Position numbers and translations under genes: made by a program
The notes under the pieces: generated by a model
The model's input: the letters and a program-made list of their open reading frames with translations, nothing else
Told to the model about the DNA's origin: nothing
Database searches by the model: none
Virus record (IMG/VR): IMGVR_UViG_3300044627_003120
Source of the DNA: an uncultured virus (IMG/VR IMGVR_UViG_3300044627_003120)
Lineage: Duplodnaviria; Heunggongvirae; Uroviricota; Caudoviricetes
Length of the DNA: 64,000 nt
Direction: 5' to 3' (one strand)
Shown: piece after piece, positions 1-7,386 of the stretch
Layout: each line of letters opens with the position of its first letter
How positions within the stretch are numbered: position 1 is the first letter of the stretch

Positions 1-907
1 CACGAGCAGAACGGTACCAATCAAGGCGTTCAGTTAGTGCATTGAAAGCACCCCAAGCATTACCAGCAATCATGCCGTTAAACTCGCCTGTGTAGATGTC
101 ATTGATAACATCAACCTTGTTTTCCCATTTCTTGAAAGCACCCTTAGAATCTTTTTCAGGCTTAGGGTATGCAGCAAGAATGATGTCGTTAAATTGCTTA
201 GCATTGATTTCTGTTTCAATCATAGCCTTAGCCATGAGGTCAAAAGAATCCATGTACTTATGAGCCATGCCAAGAGTCTCACGAGCAACGGCAACCTTAC
301 CAGAAGCGGTCTGAGTGTGGCGAATCTTGAAAGATTGCTTGACACCATTCTTTTTCTTAGTTGTGTTTAGTGCAAGGTTAAGAGTATTAGCGCACACAAC
401 ACGAACAGGTGTAATGCTTGCTTGAATAGCGATTGAGCCGTCATGTGATGTGTTGATAAGTAAATAAGTCTTTACCTTATCTGCAACACCGTTAGGGTCA
501 AGAACTGTCTCACGCTCTAATGCAAGTGCGCCAAATACTACACGACCACCCTTGATTGAGCCAGCGGTTTCCCAACGACCTCCACCGTCGAGAATGTTAT
601 CACCGAATGAAAATAAATCTTCATTCTGCATTACATGGTAACGCTCACCAACGACACCAAGAATGTCGGTCTGAGAGTTATCAGTAGGGTTAGTACGCAA
701 GACATACTGGTACGCCTTGTCGCTTGTAAGATGTGTAGGGGTTTCCAAATCTTCCAGACGAACATTCCAATTATTTAGATTGGCAGCAGCAAGCATTTCG
801 CTTGTTGTTTTTTCTTCTGTAAATACGGTACCCAATCCATGCCAAGCGGGTTCACGAAATGATGCGAATGAAGCCTTACCATTTTGTGTTTCGATTTCAT
901 GTGCCAT
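1..907 (-). CDS. DUF932 / TIGR03299 phage-plasmid family protein (3' end outside window)
   Basis: Manual translation from ATG at 907 (AAGGAG RBS): MAHEIETQNGKASFASFREPAWHGLGTV...WETAGSIKGGRVVFG...NTSHDGS...PVRVVCANTL; open to the window edge. Confidence 0.8.
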   Translation of the reverse strand, partial: MAHEIETQNGKASFASFREPAWHGLGTVFTEEKTTSEMLAAANLNNWNVRLEDLETPTHLTSDKAYQYVLRTNPTDNSQTDILGVVGERYHVMQNEDLFSFGDNILDGGGRWETAGSIKGGRVVFGALALERETVLDPNGVADKVKTYLLINTSHDGSIAIQASITPVRVVCANTLNLALNTTKKKNGVKQSFKIRHTQTASGKVAVARETLGMAHKYMDSFDLMAKAMIETEINAKQFNDIILAAYPKPEKDSKGAFKKWENKVDVINDIYTGEFNGMIAGNAWGAFNALTERLDWYRSAR

Positions 908-939
908 GAGTTTTCTCCTTTTTTGTTGTTGATTATTTA

Positions 940-961
940 AGTATAACAGGACGGGCTGACA
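940..961 (-). promoter_or_regulatory. TGTCAG-N10-TATACT promoter (PafBC/RecA-NDp-like), copy 1
   Basis: Minus strand TGTCAG CCCGTCCTGT TATACT upstream of the DUF932 gene. Confidence 0.7.
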
Positions 962-1009
962 AATGCAAATCGGGATAGTTAAACAAGGGCAAATCGGACA
1001 TTTTTTTAA

Positions 1010-1074
1010 TGTGATCGTAAACACATGTGATGTTGGTCATGTGGATAACCTGTGGATAACTTTTGCCCCCTAGG
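1010..1074. promoter_or_regulatory. Motif cluster: CRP-like box, two DnaA boxes, CCTAGG
   Basis: TGTGA-tcgtaa-ACACA 1010-1025; TGTGGATAA 1040-1048 and 1051-1059; CCTAGG 1069-1074. Confidence 0.6.
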
Positions 1075-1094
1075 AAATTTTTGAGGGAAGTGGG

Positions 1095-1122
1095 TGAGCA
1101 GTTTAAAAACATGCTCAGGTTT
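1095..1122 (-). ncRNA. Conserved H-type pseudoknot element, copy 1
   Basis: Minus strand AAAC-CTGAGCAT-GTTT-TTAAA-CTGCTCA. Confidence 0.6.
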
Positions 1123-1137
1123 ATTAGTAGCCCCCTA

Positions 1138-1554
1138 CTAAATATCTATTCTGTCAACGCTGGATGACAAATAAGTTACCTCTTCACCATATGATACAGA
1201 ATCAAAATCGATATCGTGAATTGCATTCTGTGCACTCTCTTCATCACGTGCATTGACTGTAATTGAATATTGAACTGTAACTTCTAATTCAAATTCTTTT
1301 GTTAACTCAAAGCCGCAAATGCTTGCAATCTCTTCTGCAGTGCTTTCATCAATGGTACCGTGCTCCATTGCTTCTAAGGTCCACTCTTGCATTTCGTTAC
1401 GCATACGGTTGCGCTCTGCAGCCTCGCCGTATGAGCGCTGAGTTACTGTTTGAATGTGCTTTTCTAATTCATCAATCCGTGCTTTGTTTTGAACAAGAGT
1501 AGTTTCTAAAAACTCTCGTGTCATGTAGTGATTGTCTATTACTGGTTGGTCCAT
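1138..1554 (-). CDS. Hypothetical early protein, coiled-coil N-terminus
   Basis: 138-aa ORF, AGAGG RBS, own promoter. Confidence 0.75.
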   Translation of the reverse strand: MDQPVIDNHYMTREFLETTLVQNKARIDELEKHIQTVTQRSYGEAAERNRMRNEMQEWTLEAMEHGTIDESTAEEIASICGFELTKEFELEVTVQYSITVNARDEESAQNAIHDIDFDSVSYGEEVTYLSSSVDRIDI

Positions 1555-1586
1555 GGGGGCCCTCTTTCTGTTTGTTGGTTAATTTA

Positions 1587-1608
1587 ATTATACTGGGTAC
1601 CGCTGACA
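1587..1608 (-). promoter_or_regulatory. TGTCAG-N10-TATAAT promoter, copy 2
   Basis: TGTCAG CGGTACCCAG TATAAT. Confidence 0.7.
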
Positions 1609-1691
1609 AATTAGGTGCCACTCCCCCAGGGGACTTTAGCCAAATTTATGGATTAGATCCATGATCTTGGATTGAACCAGGGGGAGAGGCG

Positions 1692-1719
1692 TGAGCAGTT
1701 TAGCGACATACTCAGGTCG
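1692..1719 (-). ncRNA. Pseudoknot element, copy 2
   Basis: CGAC-CTGAGTAT-GTCG-CTAAA-CTGCTCA (U-G wobble in stem 2). Confidence 0.6.
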
Positions 1720-1728
1720 TTTATCTAA

Positions 1729-2151
1729 TTAGAGATAACGAGATACCGCTTGATAAGTTGATGTGGAAACTGTTTCCTCATCTGTCATCTTGAGAATACG
1801 GATTGCGTTTTCCAATTCCTCTTTCATCTCATTGTATGAGTGGCGGTGTAGAACTTCGTAGTCCTTCTCAGGCTCTTTAGGAAAGTCTGACTCATTAACT
1901 GTTAAATCGAAATCAACATTAAGTGTCTTATTCCATGAGCGATAGTTTGTGCGGAAGTTTTCTGCCTTAGCAAAATTAGCCATAGCAAACTTTCCTACTT
2001 CTTTGCGCCACTTTTCTAAAGCCTTTTCGTGCTTTGCTTCGTTGGCTTCTTGTGAGGCATAGTCTGATTGCAACTTTGCAAGACGAGTCTCAAGTGCCTT
2101 GATTACCTTTGGTGTTGCTATCTTTACTGAGATTGCTTTCTGTCGTGCCAT
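1729..2151 (-). CDS. Hypothetical early protein
   Basis: 140-aa ORF, AAAGGA RBS. Confidence 0.75.
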   Translation of the reverse strand: MARQKAISVKIATPKVIKALETRLAKLQSDYASQEANEAKHEKALEKWRKEVGKFAMANFAKAENFRTNYRSWNKTLNVDFDLTVNESDFPKEPEKDYEVLHRHSYNEMKEELENAIRILKMTDEETVSTSTYQAVSRYL

Positions 2152-2185
2152 GTGGGTCTATTCCTTTACTGTTAGGGGGTTGGGT

Positions 2186-2213
2186 TGAGCAGTTTGTATT
2201 CATGCTCAGGAAT
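2186..2213 (-). ncRNA. Pseudoknot element, copy 3
   Basis: ATTC-CTGAGCAT-GAAT-ACAAA-CTGCTCA. Confidence 0.6.
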
Positions 2214-2224
2214 TACTAATTAGA

Positions 2225-2389
2225 TTACTTAGCCGTCCAAGTTGTGTAGCGGTGTGAGCCATTTACATCTAACTTAACACGAACATTTCCGTTAGCCTGT
2301 GGTTCGATTGCTACGATTGTGCCTGTGACCTTTGACTTCTGTGTTGTGTAGAGGTCGCCTACCTTGTATGTTGCTGTTGCTACTGACAT
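2225..2389 (-). CDS. Small hypothetical protein (SH3-like pattern YKVGD...GTIVAI)
   Basis: Start moved to ATG 2389, which follows an AAGGAG RBS and promoter copy 3. Confidence 0.7.
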   Translation of the reverse strand: MSVATATYKVGDLYTTQKSKVTGTIVAIEPQANGNVRVKLDVNGSHRYTTWTAK

Positions 2390-2417
2390 TTTTTCTCCTT
2401 TGTTGTTGTATGTATTA

Positions 2418-2439
2418 AGTATAACATTTCCTACTGACA
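2418..2439 (-). promoter_or_regulatory. TGTCAG-N10-TATACT promoter, copy 3
   Basis: TGTCAG TAGGAAATGT TATACT. Confidence 0.7.
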
Positions 2440-2499
2440 TTTATCAAGTTGATACCTGAATAATCTCACTATGTGGAATTGTTATTTTGTTATGTAATA

Positions 2500-2564
2500 A
2501 GTATAGCAAAAAATCTCATAAATCTCAAATCCTGCAAGGGTTTTTGGGTGTGACCTTAATCACA
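2500..2564 (-). promoter_or_regulatory. Sigma-A-type promoter with upstream CRP-like box
   Basis: TTGAGA-N17-TATACT (2528-2500); perfect TGTGA-ccttaa-TCACA at 2549-2564. Confidence 0.6.
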
Positions 2565-2622
2565 TCTTAAATAGTATGTTTAGACTTGACAAATCAAAAG
2601 TTTTGCCCCTAGGCGCTCCATT

Positions 2623-2691
2623 TCACAACGGTGCCGAAAACATAACAAATAAAAATATTGCAGTTAAAAATAAAATAATTACTTCGCCCAT
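2623..2691 (-). CDS. 22-aa hydrophobic mini-protein
   Basis: MGEVIILFLTAIFLFVMFSAPL, directly after the GP88-like gene. Confidence 0.4.
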   Translation of the reverse strand: MGEVIILFLTAIFLFVMFSAPL

Positions 2692-2697
2692 TAAATC

Positions 2698-3420
2698 TCA
2701 TTTCTTGGTTGCAGAAAAAATTATGTCACTCTTAGAGTATACACAAAGTGAGCAAGAAACGCAAGCCGAGCCAGCCGATGAGATAAGTGGAATTTGTTTA
2801 TTATTCTCAGGACACTTAGCAGCAGGTCGTCCTGTCATTTCTTTTACATCGGCTTGACCAATAGCAAAATTTTTAGCAAGGTATGCCATACGAACACCGC
2901 TATTAATTTTTAGATCAACGGCAGTTTTAACATTCTCGCTATCTGCAGAAAAGTATAAACTAAGATTAGCAATGTCCTTAAGAATAAGTGCAGCGCTCTT
3001 CACACGAGTGTATACCCAGAATTGAACATCCTCATGCTTATCGATAACTACTTTCCATGCATATGCATAGGTATCATTAAAGAAGTCTCCGTCCCAGTGG
3101 ATACGGAATAGCATGGGTGCGTTTTTCTTCATACAATCATTCTTGAAATCAACAATCATTTCATTAAGCAAGCGGACCATGGTCTCGCCGTCTGCGTCTT
3201 TAAGTAGGTCCCAGTTATGCAATAGGTTTACTTTAACGGAAGGGAAGATCTTTTCCAATTTGCCTGCATAGCAAACACTCTCGCAGACACTCGTTGCGCC
3301 AGGACATGAATAGTTTTTTCCTGCGGGTAATCCGAAAGTGTTAGCAATTGCGGCTTGCTTTCCATTTTTTGTGACAAGGTTAGCCACCTTTCTATCATTA
3401 GATCTTTTTAGTTTACTCAT
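2698..3420 (-). CDS. GP88 (gene product 88) family protein, radical-SAM-like Cys cluster
   Basis: CPGATSVCESVCYA, FRIHWDGDF, FWVYTR, C-terminal CP..CxxCxxC. Confidence 0.7.
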   Translation of the reverse strand: MSKLKRSNDRKVANLVTKNGKQAAIANTFGLPAGKNYSCPGATSVCESVCYAGKLEKIFPSVKVNLLHNWDLLKDADGETMVRLLNEMIVDFKNDCMKKNAPMLFRIHWDGDFFNDTYAYAWKVVIDKHEDVQFWVYTRVKSAALILKDIANLSLYFSADSENVKTAVDLKINSGVRMAYLAKNFAIGQADVKEMTGRPAAKCPENNKQIPLISSAGSACVSCSLCVYSKSDIIFSATKK

Positions 3421-3562
3421 GAGGGCCTCTTTCTTTCTTTAATTCTAACATAAGGGACTGACATTTTTTTCTATTGTATTTCTTTTTATTAGGTACGGCA
3501 GAGGCTGCATTGCTACGGCGTAGTTCCATAAGCCTGCGTAATTCCTCTTTATTCTTTTTCAT
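3413..3562 (-). CDS. 49-aa basic protein, probably leaderless
   Basis: MKKNKEELRRLMELRRSNAASAVPNKKKYNRKK...; ATG 6 nt after TTGACA-N17-TAAGAT (3597-3569). Confidence 0.55.
   Translation of the reverse strand: MKKNKEELRRLMELRRSNAASAVPNKKKYNRKKCQSLMLELKKERGPHE
3442..3463 (-). promoter_or_regulatory. TGTCAG-N10-TAGAAT promoter, copy 4
   Basis: TGTCAG TCCCTTATGT TAGAAT upstream of the GP88-like gene. Confidence 0.65.
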
Positions 3563-3697
3563 AAATTAATCTTAGCAGACTTGGGGAAAAATGTCAAATG
3601 CTACGTAAAGTGATCAATCTCACATTAAAAATAAAACGACACGCTAGGTAAATATCCTAGGCGATTTTGTGCAGGGAAGCACACAAAATCACTTTTA

Positions 3698-3937
3698 TTA
3701 TTCTTCTTCAGTAAAAACATACAACGGAATTAAATCATTGTATGCAAACTGTGTAACTTCTTTTTCACCAAACTCGTTTTGTGTTTGTATGTCATAGTTA
3801 TCTCCTGTTGAGTCACTCTCAATAAAAATAACTTCAACAATGTCATTATCAATCTTGATTAAATCACCAATCATGATTTGATCTGCCGTTAGATTATCAG
3901 CGTGTATCAATTCCATGCTTACCATTGTATCAGACAT
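3698..3937 (-). CDS. Hypothetical acidic protein
   Basis: 79-aa ORF coupled to its neighbour by TAATG overlap. Confidence 0.7.
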   Translation of the reverse strand: MSDTMVSMELIHADNLTADQIMIGDLIKIDNDIVEVIFIESDSTGDNYDIQTQNEFGEKEVTQFAYNDLIPLYVFTEEE

Positions 3938-4260
3938 TATTCTAACCCCAATCCTAATTCGTATCCGTTATCTTCTGCGCCATAAAAATCATCTTCATCT
4001 TGTGGCAACCAAAAATCTAAATGGTGTTGCTCAATTACTGCCCATGCTGGTGCATGACTCATGCCCTTATAGAATACTCCTTCTGGCATAGCAATAAATC
4101 GCATAGCATCATTATCATAGTATGCATCAATAGCATCAATGCAAGGCTGAACCATGCTTAGTGGTACGGGTGGATAGTGATTACCTTGTAAGTGATAAGC
4201 AATCTGAGTTTCTAAATCAAGTACGCTATCTTGTATTCCCAATGCTGTTACGCTTCCCAT
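3937..4260 (-). CDS. Hypothetical phage protein
   Basis: 107-aa ORF, HLQGNHYPPVP motif, TAATG overlaps. Confidence 0.75.
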   Translation of the reverse strand: MGSVTALGIQDSVLDLETQIAYHLQGNHYPPVPLSMVQPCIDAIDAYYDNDAMRFIAMPEGVFYKGMSHAPAWAVIEQHHLDFWLPQDEDDFYGAEDNGYELGLGLE

Positions 4261-4478
4261 TATCGTGTTGTTACCTTTCCCATGCGGTCAATTACTTTTG
4301 TATGCATTTTGCCTGACGGCTCTGATAAATTAATTGTTGAGTATTCGTTAGCAAAGCCGACATCAGTAAATTTTAGGTATGCTTGCACGGCAGTTAAAGC
4401 ATCTGAGTATCGACCAACCCAATGAGGCTTAGGGGCTGAGTCATAGGTTACTGTTATTGAGTATAGGTATTCGTTCAT
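4260..4478 (-). CDS. Hypothetical protein; homolog of the N-half of 32664-33119
   Basis: 72-aa ORF, DVGFANEY...EPSGKMHTKV. Confidence 0.75.
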   Translation of the reverse strand: MNEYLYSITVTYDSAPKPHWVGRYSDALTAVQAYLKFTDVGFANEYSTINLSEPSGKMHTKVIDRMGKVTTR

Positions 4479-4654
4479 TATGCGTTCTCCAATGTGTATT
4501 CGTTTAATTCGTTCTTAGCATACCATGCGGTGTATTCATTGTAAAGCATAACACCCTTGTTACACTCACAAAAATCTGTATCGTATTCGCCATTAGTGCT
4601 ACCCCAAAAGAGTACGCCTTCGTCATAGCAATCCATGCAATTCCATGTGTTCAT
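4478..4654 (-). CDS. 58-aa CxxC...CxC zinc-finger-like protein
   Basis: MNTWNCMDCYDEGVLFWGSTNGEYDTDFCECNKG...; fills the gap between coupled ORFs. Confidence 0.65.
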   Translation of the reverse strand: MNTWNCMDCYDEGVLFWGSTNGEYDTDFCECNKGVMLYNEYTAWYAKNELNEYTLENA

Positions 4655-4656
4655 TA

Positions 4657-4869
4657 TTATTCTCCTGTCTTTACTGCTAAATAGCGGTAAGTATCTTTTA
4701 AGTTAAGTGGTGCTGAGTAGTGGGGGCGTACTTGCACTCTGTATGTATCGCAATTTGCATACCATACATGATTTGTTTTTTCTGCATCAATGATTTCTCC
4801 CGTAAGTGTACGAGACTTATAAGTTTTTCCTACAAGTAGGTTTTCTATTGTATAGACATTTGCTGACAT
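4657..4869 (-). CDS. Hypothetical protein
   Basis: ORF with GAGG RBS before MSANVYT. Confidence 0.7.
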   Translation of the reverse strand: MSANVYTIENLLVGKTYKSRTLTGEIIDAEKTNHVWYANCDTYRVQVRPHYSAPLNLKDTYRYLAVKTGE

Positions 4870-4911
4870 GAGCAACCTCTTTCGTTTGTTTATTTACTTT
4901 ATTACTATGTA

Positions 4912-4933
4912 ATCCTATCATGGGGGTCTGACA
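4912..4933 (-). promoter_or_regulatory. TGTCAG-N10-TAGGAT promoter, copy 5
   Basis: TGTCAG ACCCCCATGA TAGGAT. Confidence 0.65.
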
Positions 4934-4981
4934 TTTATCAAATTAAAATCTTAAAATCTCAAAATGTGGACAGGTTTTGGG

Positions 4982-5057
4982 TGTGATTAATCTCACATCT
5001 TAAATGACCTGTGGATAAAGTGGTCTGACCTGTGGAAAACGGCCTAGATCGCCTAGG
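4982..5057. promoter_or_regulatory. Motif cluster: CRP-like box, DnaA boxes, CCTAGG
   Basis: TGTGA-ttaatc-TCACA 4982-4997; TGTGGATAA 5010-5018; TGTGGAAAA 5031-5039; CCTAGG 5052-5057. Confidence 0.6.
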
Positions 5058-5064
5058 AAAAATT

Positions 5065-5093
5065 TGAGCAGTTTTAAATCGTGCTCAGGATTT
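5065..5093 (-). ncRNA. Pseudoknot element, copy 4
   Basis: AAATC-CTGAGCAC-GATTT-AAAA-CTGCTCA. Confidence 0.6.
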
Positions 5094-5100
5094 TGTTTTT

Positions 5101-5295
5101 TTATTTTAGAGTTGCAAGAAATTTTGCATCATCAACGCAAGCATCATAGAATTTTTGTTCATCAAATCTTGGATTATCTGAAGCAAACCATTCGCTAAAT
5201 TCAAAAATTAAATTATCGAAATCGTGAGAGTCGATACTATCCGAAAATTTATTTAGAATTTTTGCAGTTTCTACATAGTCTTTACGAGTCATCAT
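5101..5295 (-). CDS. Hypothetical protein; homolog of the C-half of 32664-33119
   Basis: 64 aa, TRKDY...FASDNPRFDEQKF. Confidence 0.75.
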   Translation of the reverse strand: MMTRKDYVETAKILNKFSDSIDSHDFDNLIFEFSEWFASDNPRFDEQKFYDACVDDAKFLATLK

Positions 5296-5501
5296 TATTC
5301 TGCCACCTTTAGAATTGCATAAGAGCCACCTTCGTTAATTTTGTTAATTTCTGGAAGTAGCACAGGAACAAGTAGGTCCTTTAGCATTGACTCAAGCAAT
5401 TTAATTTGTGAGATTTCATCTAATTGCAAAAATCGCTGAGAGATTGGATGTGTTTCGTCAAATTCTGTAACGAAGTTTAGAGAGTGATTTACTTTTACCA
5501 T
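5295..5501 (-). CDS. Hypothetical protein
   Basis: 68-aa ORF, TAATG coupling. Confidence 0.65.
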   Translation of the reverse strand: MVKVNHSLNFVTEFDETHPISQRFLQLDEISQIKLLESMLKDLLVPVLLPEINKINEGGSYAILKVAE

Positions 5502-5520
5502 TGTTTTATTTCCTATTCTT

Positions 5521-5664
5521 TTAGTTGTTGTCTAATAAATTATCTTGAGCGATACCAAAATCGCAAGAGCAAGTTTCTACATCATAGTCAAAATCATTTC
5601 CAAAAAAGATTAGACCTGTTGAATTACATTCCTCGCAGGGAATTGTTAAGACGGAGTTTATCAT
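5521..5664 (-). CDS. 47-aa CxxC...CxC protein, paralog of 4478-4654
   Basis: MINSVLTIPCEECNSTGLIFFGNDFDYDVETCSCDFG... Confidence 0.6.
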   Translation of the reverse strand: MINSVLTIPCEECNSTGLIFFGNDFDYDVETCSCDFGIAQDNLLDNN

Positions 5665-5850
5665 TTATAGAACCGCCTTTCCTCTTAGTGTTCCGCTAAC
5701 GCCTAAAGCGTCACAGGATACTTTAACGGCAACGCCTACGGGTAATTGTGTAGGGTATGTTGAGATGAATTGAGCAACCGCACCTTTAGAGGCAAGGTTG
5801 ATTTTTTTAGTCGAACCGCTAAAGGTTTCGAGTGTTATAGTGTAAGTCAT
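5665..5850 (-). CDS. Hypothetical protein
   Basis: 61-aa ORF, AAAGGAAG RBS. Confidence 0.7.
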   Translation of the reverse strand: MTYTITLETFSGSTKKINLASKGAVAQFISTYPTQLPVGVAVKVSCDALGVSGTLRGKAVL

Positions 5851-5882
5851 TTATTGACTTCCTTTCTTTAATTGATAAGACT

Positions 5883-5904
5883 ATCCTATCATGGGGGGCT
5901 GACA
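5883..5904 (-). promoter_or_regulatory. TGTCAG-N10-TAGGAT promoter, copy 6
   Basis: TGTCAG CCCCCCATGA TAGGAT. Confidence 0.65.
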
Positions 5905-5911
5905 AATTGGG

Positions 5912-5969
5912 CACTTATTTGCTGAGGCTCATTGTGATACTCGTCACACTTATTCGCTCAGGCTCATTG
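5912..5969. repeat. 23-bp imperfect direct repeat flanking a perfect CRP-like box
   Basis: cacttatt(t/c)gct(g/c)aggctcattg at 5912 and 5947; TGTGA-tactcg-TCACA 5933-5948. Confidence 0.7.
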
Positions 5970-6000
5970 CTTATTTATCTTATTTAATTGTTATACTGCA

Positions 6001-6124
6001 AGTATAGCAAAAAAATCTCACAAAAGCAAATCGACACGCCGTAAATGGGGGGATAAATAGTGTGATCTTAACCACATAGGTTATCCACACCCCTGTGGAC
6101 GACACGCTAGGTAGATCGCCTAGG
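6001..6124. promoter_or_regulatory. Leftward sigma-A-type promoter plus CGACACGC x2, CRP-like box, DnaA box, CCTAGG
   Basis: TTGCTT-N17-TATACT (6029-6001); CGACACGC 6032 and 6100; TGTGA-N6-CCACA 6061; TTATCCACA 6081-6089; CCTAGG 6119. Confidence 0.6.
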
Positions 6125-6159
6125 AAAAAATCGCAGGTATTTATTCTGCGATCTTTTTT
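6125..6159. terminator. Probable intrinsic terminator, bidirectional
   Basis: A-run, atcgcagg...tctgcgat stem, T-run. Confidence 0.55.
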
Positions 6160-6160
6160 A

Positions 6161-6220
6161 TTAACTATGAATTGCAATAACAAAAGCAAAACAAGTAATT
6201 GCGATTAGAATAACTAACAT
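6161..6220 (-). CDS. 19-aa hydrophobic mini-protein
   Basis: MLVILIAITCFAFVIAIHS, GAGG RBS, TAATG coupling. Confidence 0.45.
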   Translation of the reverse strand: MLVILIAITCFAFVIAIHS

Positions 6221-6309
6221 TAGTTTTCCTCAATTTCATTTAGTAATTCCCAAAGTATTGGCTCTAATTCTTTAGAAACTAAATCTAATTTTTCTTGAAG
6301 TGTTTTCAT
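6220..6309 (-). CDS. 29-aa hypothetical protein
   Basis: MKTLQEKLDLVSKELEPILWELLNEIEEN, GAGG RBS, coupled. Confidence 0.55.
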   Translation of the reverse strand: MKTLQEKLDLVSKELEPILWELLNEIEEN

Positions 6310-6470
6310 TATGCAACCTCTTTTTCTTTTAGTATTCCAAGAATTAAATCTAATTGTTGTGTTGTGAGCAGTGCTGTTGCACAACCCCATGACCACGCAA
6401 GTGCCATGTCATCATAGTGTGTTTTAGCAAGAGCATTTATTTCTGCAATTATTTCGTTATTACTTTTCAT
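6309..6470 (-). CDS. 53-aa hypothetical protein
   Basis: MKSNNEIIAEINALAKTHYDDMALAWSWG..., coupled. Confidence 0.6.
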   Translation of the reverse strand: MKSNNEIIAEINALAKTHYDDMALAWSWGCATALLTTQQLDLILGILKEKEVA

Positions 6471-6608
6471 TTATGCAATTTCCAATTCGTTATAGTCAAT
6501 GACCTCAAAGTCATGTCGTTCCAATGGCATAGCCTTTAACCATGATAGGGCAGACTCAAAATCCTCAGCCTCAATAGTGACCATTAGGTCAAAGTTAAAT
6601 AGTGTCAT
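6471..6608 (-). CDS. 45-aa hypothetical protein
   Basis: MTLFNFDLMVTIEAEDFESA..., AGGAGG RBS. Confidence 0.6.
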   Translation of the reverse strand: MTLFNFDLMVTIEAEDFESALSWLKAMPLERHDFEVIDYNELEIA

Positions 6609-6772
6609 TACTTTACCTCCTTGTATAAAAAGTCCCAAGCCTTACGGCATAACACGATAGATTTGCAGTTATCGCAACAGATAACCCCATGAGGGTTAAG
6701 GTCTACATCATAGACATCAACGCTTGCTGATGTAGCCCCACATACTGAGGGGAGATTTACAAAGGTACTCAT
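6608..6772 (-). CDS. 54-aa Cys-containing protein
   Basis: MSTFVNLPSVCG...ICCDNCKS..., coupled. Confidence 0.6.
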   Translation of the reverse strand: MSTFVNLPSVCGATSASVDVYDVDLNPHGVICCDNCKSIVLCRKAWDFLYKEVK

Positions 6773-6969
6773 TTTCTAAGTCCTTCCTTTCCATAGGTAT
6801 TGATAAAATCGGTAAGAGGCATAACGCCTTTATAGTCTTTACATCTTGGGCAAAATCTATTCCACCCGTCAAATAGTGTTATGCAAAATGCACAAATGTT
6901 ATCCATAGCACATAAGCCTTGCTCATCTATAAATTGCATGGTATCTAAGAATTGATTAGTGTTATTCAT
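6769..6969 (-). CDS. Zinc-ribbon-like protein
   Basis: CAFC...CPRC. Confidence 0.65.
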   Translation of the reverse strand: MNNTNQFLDTMQFIDEQGLCAMDNICAFCITLFDGWNRFCPRCKDYKGVMPLTDFINTYGKEGLRK

Positions 6970-7142
6970 TTAGTCACATACCAATCTGTCCACATAGGGA
7001 ATTGCTCAGGGTCACTATCATAGTAGTAACGCTCAATGTTCTGCTCACAATTTTGGCAGAAGGTAAATTGCTCATCACCTATTTCGGAGATAGCGGAAAC
7101 CATAGGGTTATGGTCTTTACATAGTGTGTTTAGTGTAGTCAT
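6966..7142 (-). CDS. 58-aa CxxH...CxxC protein
   Basis: MTTLNTLCKDHNP...FCQNCEQNIE..., ATGA overlap. Confidence 0.6.
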   Translation of the reverse strand: MTTLNTLCKDHNPMVSAISEIGDEQFTFCQNCEQNIERYYYDSDPEQFPMWTDWYVTK

Positions 7143-7197
7143 TTTGACCTACCTTTCGTCAAGGGATTTCTTTACCCTTGTTTTTCTTTATACTGTA

Positions 7198-7352
7198 AGT
7201 GTAGCATGAGGGTCTGACAAATCGCAAGTCCAAAATGGTATCAATTCGGACATTGTGAGGTGTATCACAAGTGATAAAGGTCACATTTGTATGGTCATAA
7301 ATAACAATGACCATTTCTATCGGCGTGTCGACTTGACAAAAAACCGCCTAGG
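7198..7352 (-). promoter_or_regulatory. Promoter copy 7, tandem CRP-like boxes, GCGTGTCG, CCTAGG
   Basis: TGTCAG ACCCTCATGC TACACT (7219-7198); TGTGA-N6-TCACA 7254-7269; AGTGA-N6-TCACA 7270-7285; GCGTGTCG 7323; CCTAGG 7347. Confidence 0.65.
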
Positions 7353-7386
7353 CAATTTTGCAGGGGATCTGCAAAACTACTAACAA

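Noticed and set aside
1095..5093. TGAGCA...TGCTCA repeats as plain terminators or hammerhead ribozymes
   Set aside because: No U-tract, a second covarying helix is present, and the CUGANGA/GAAA hammerhead core with three stems is absent
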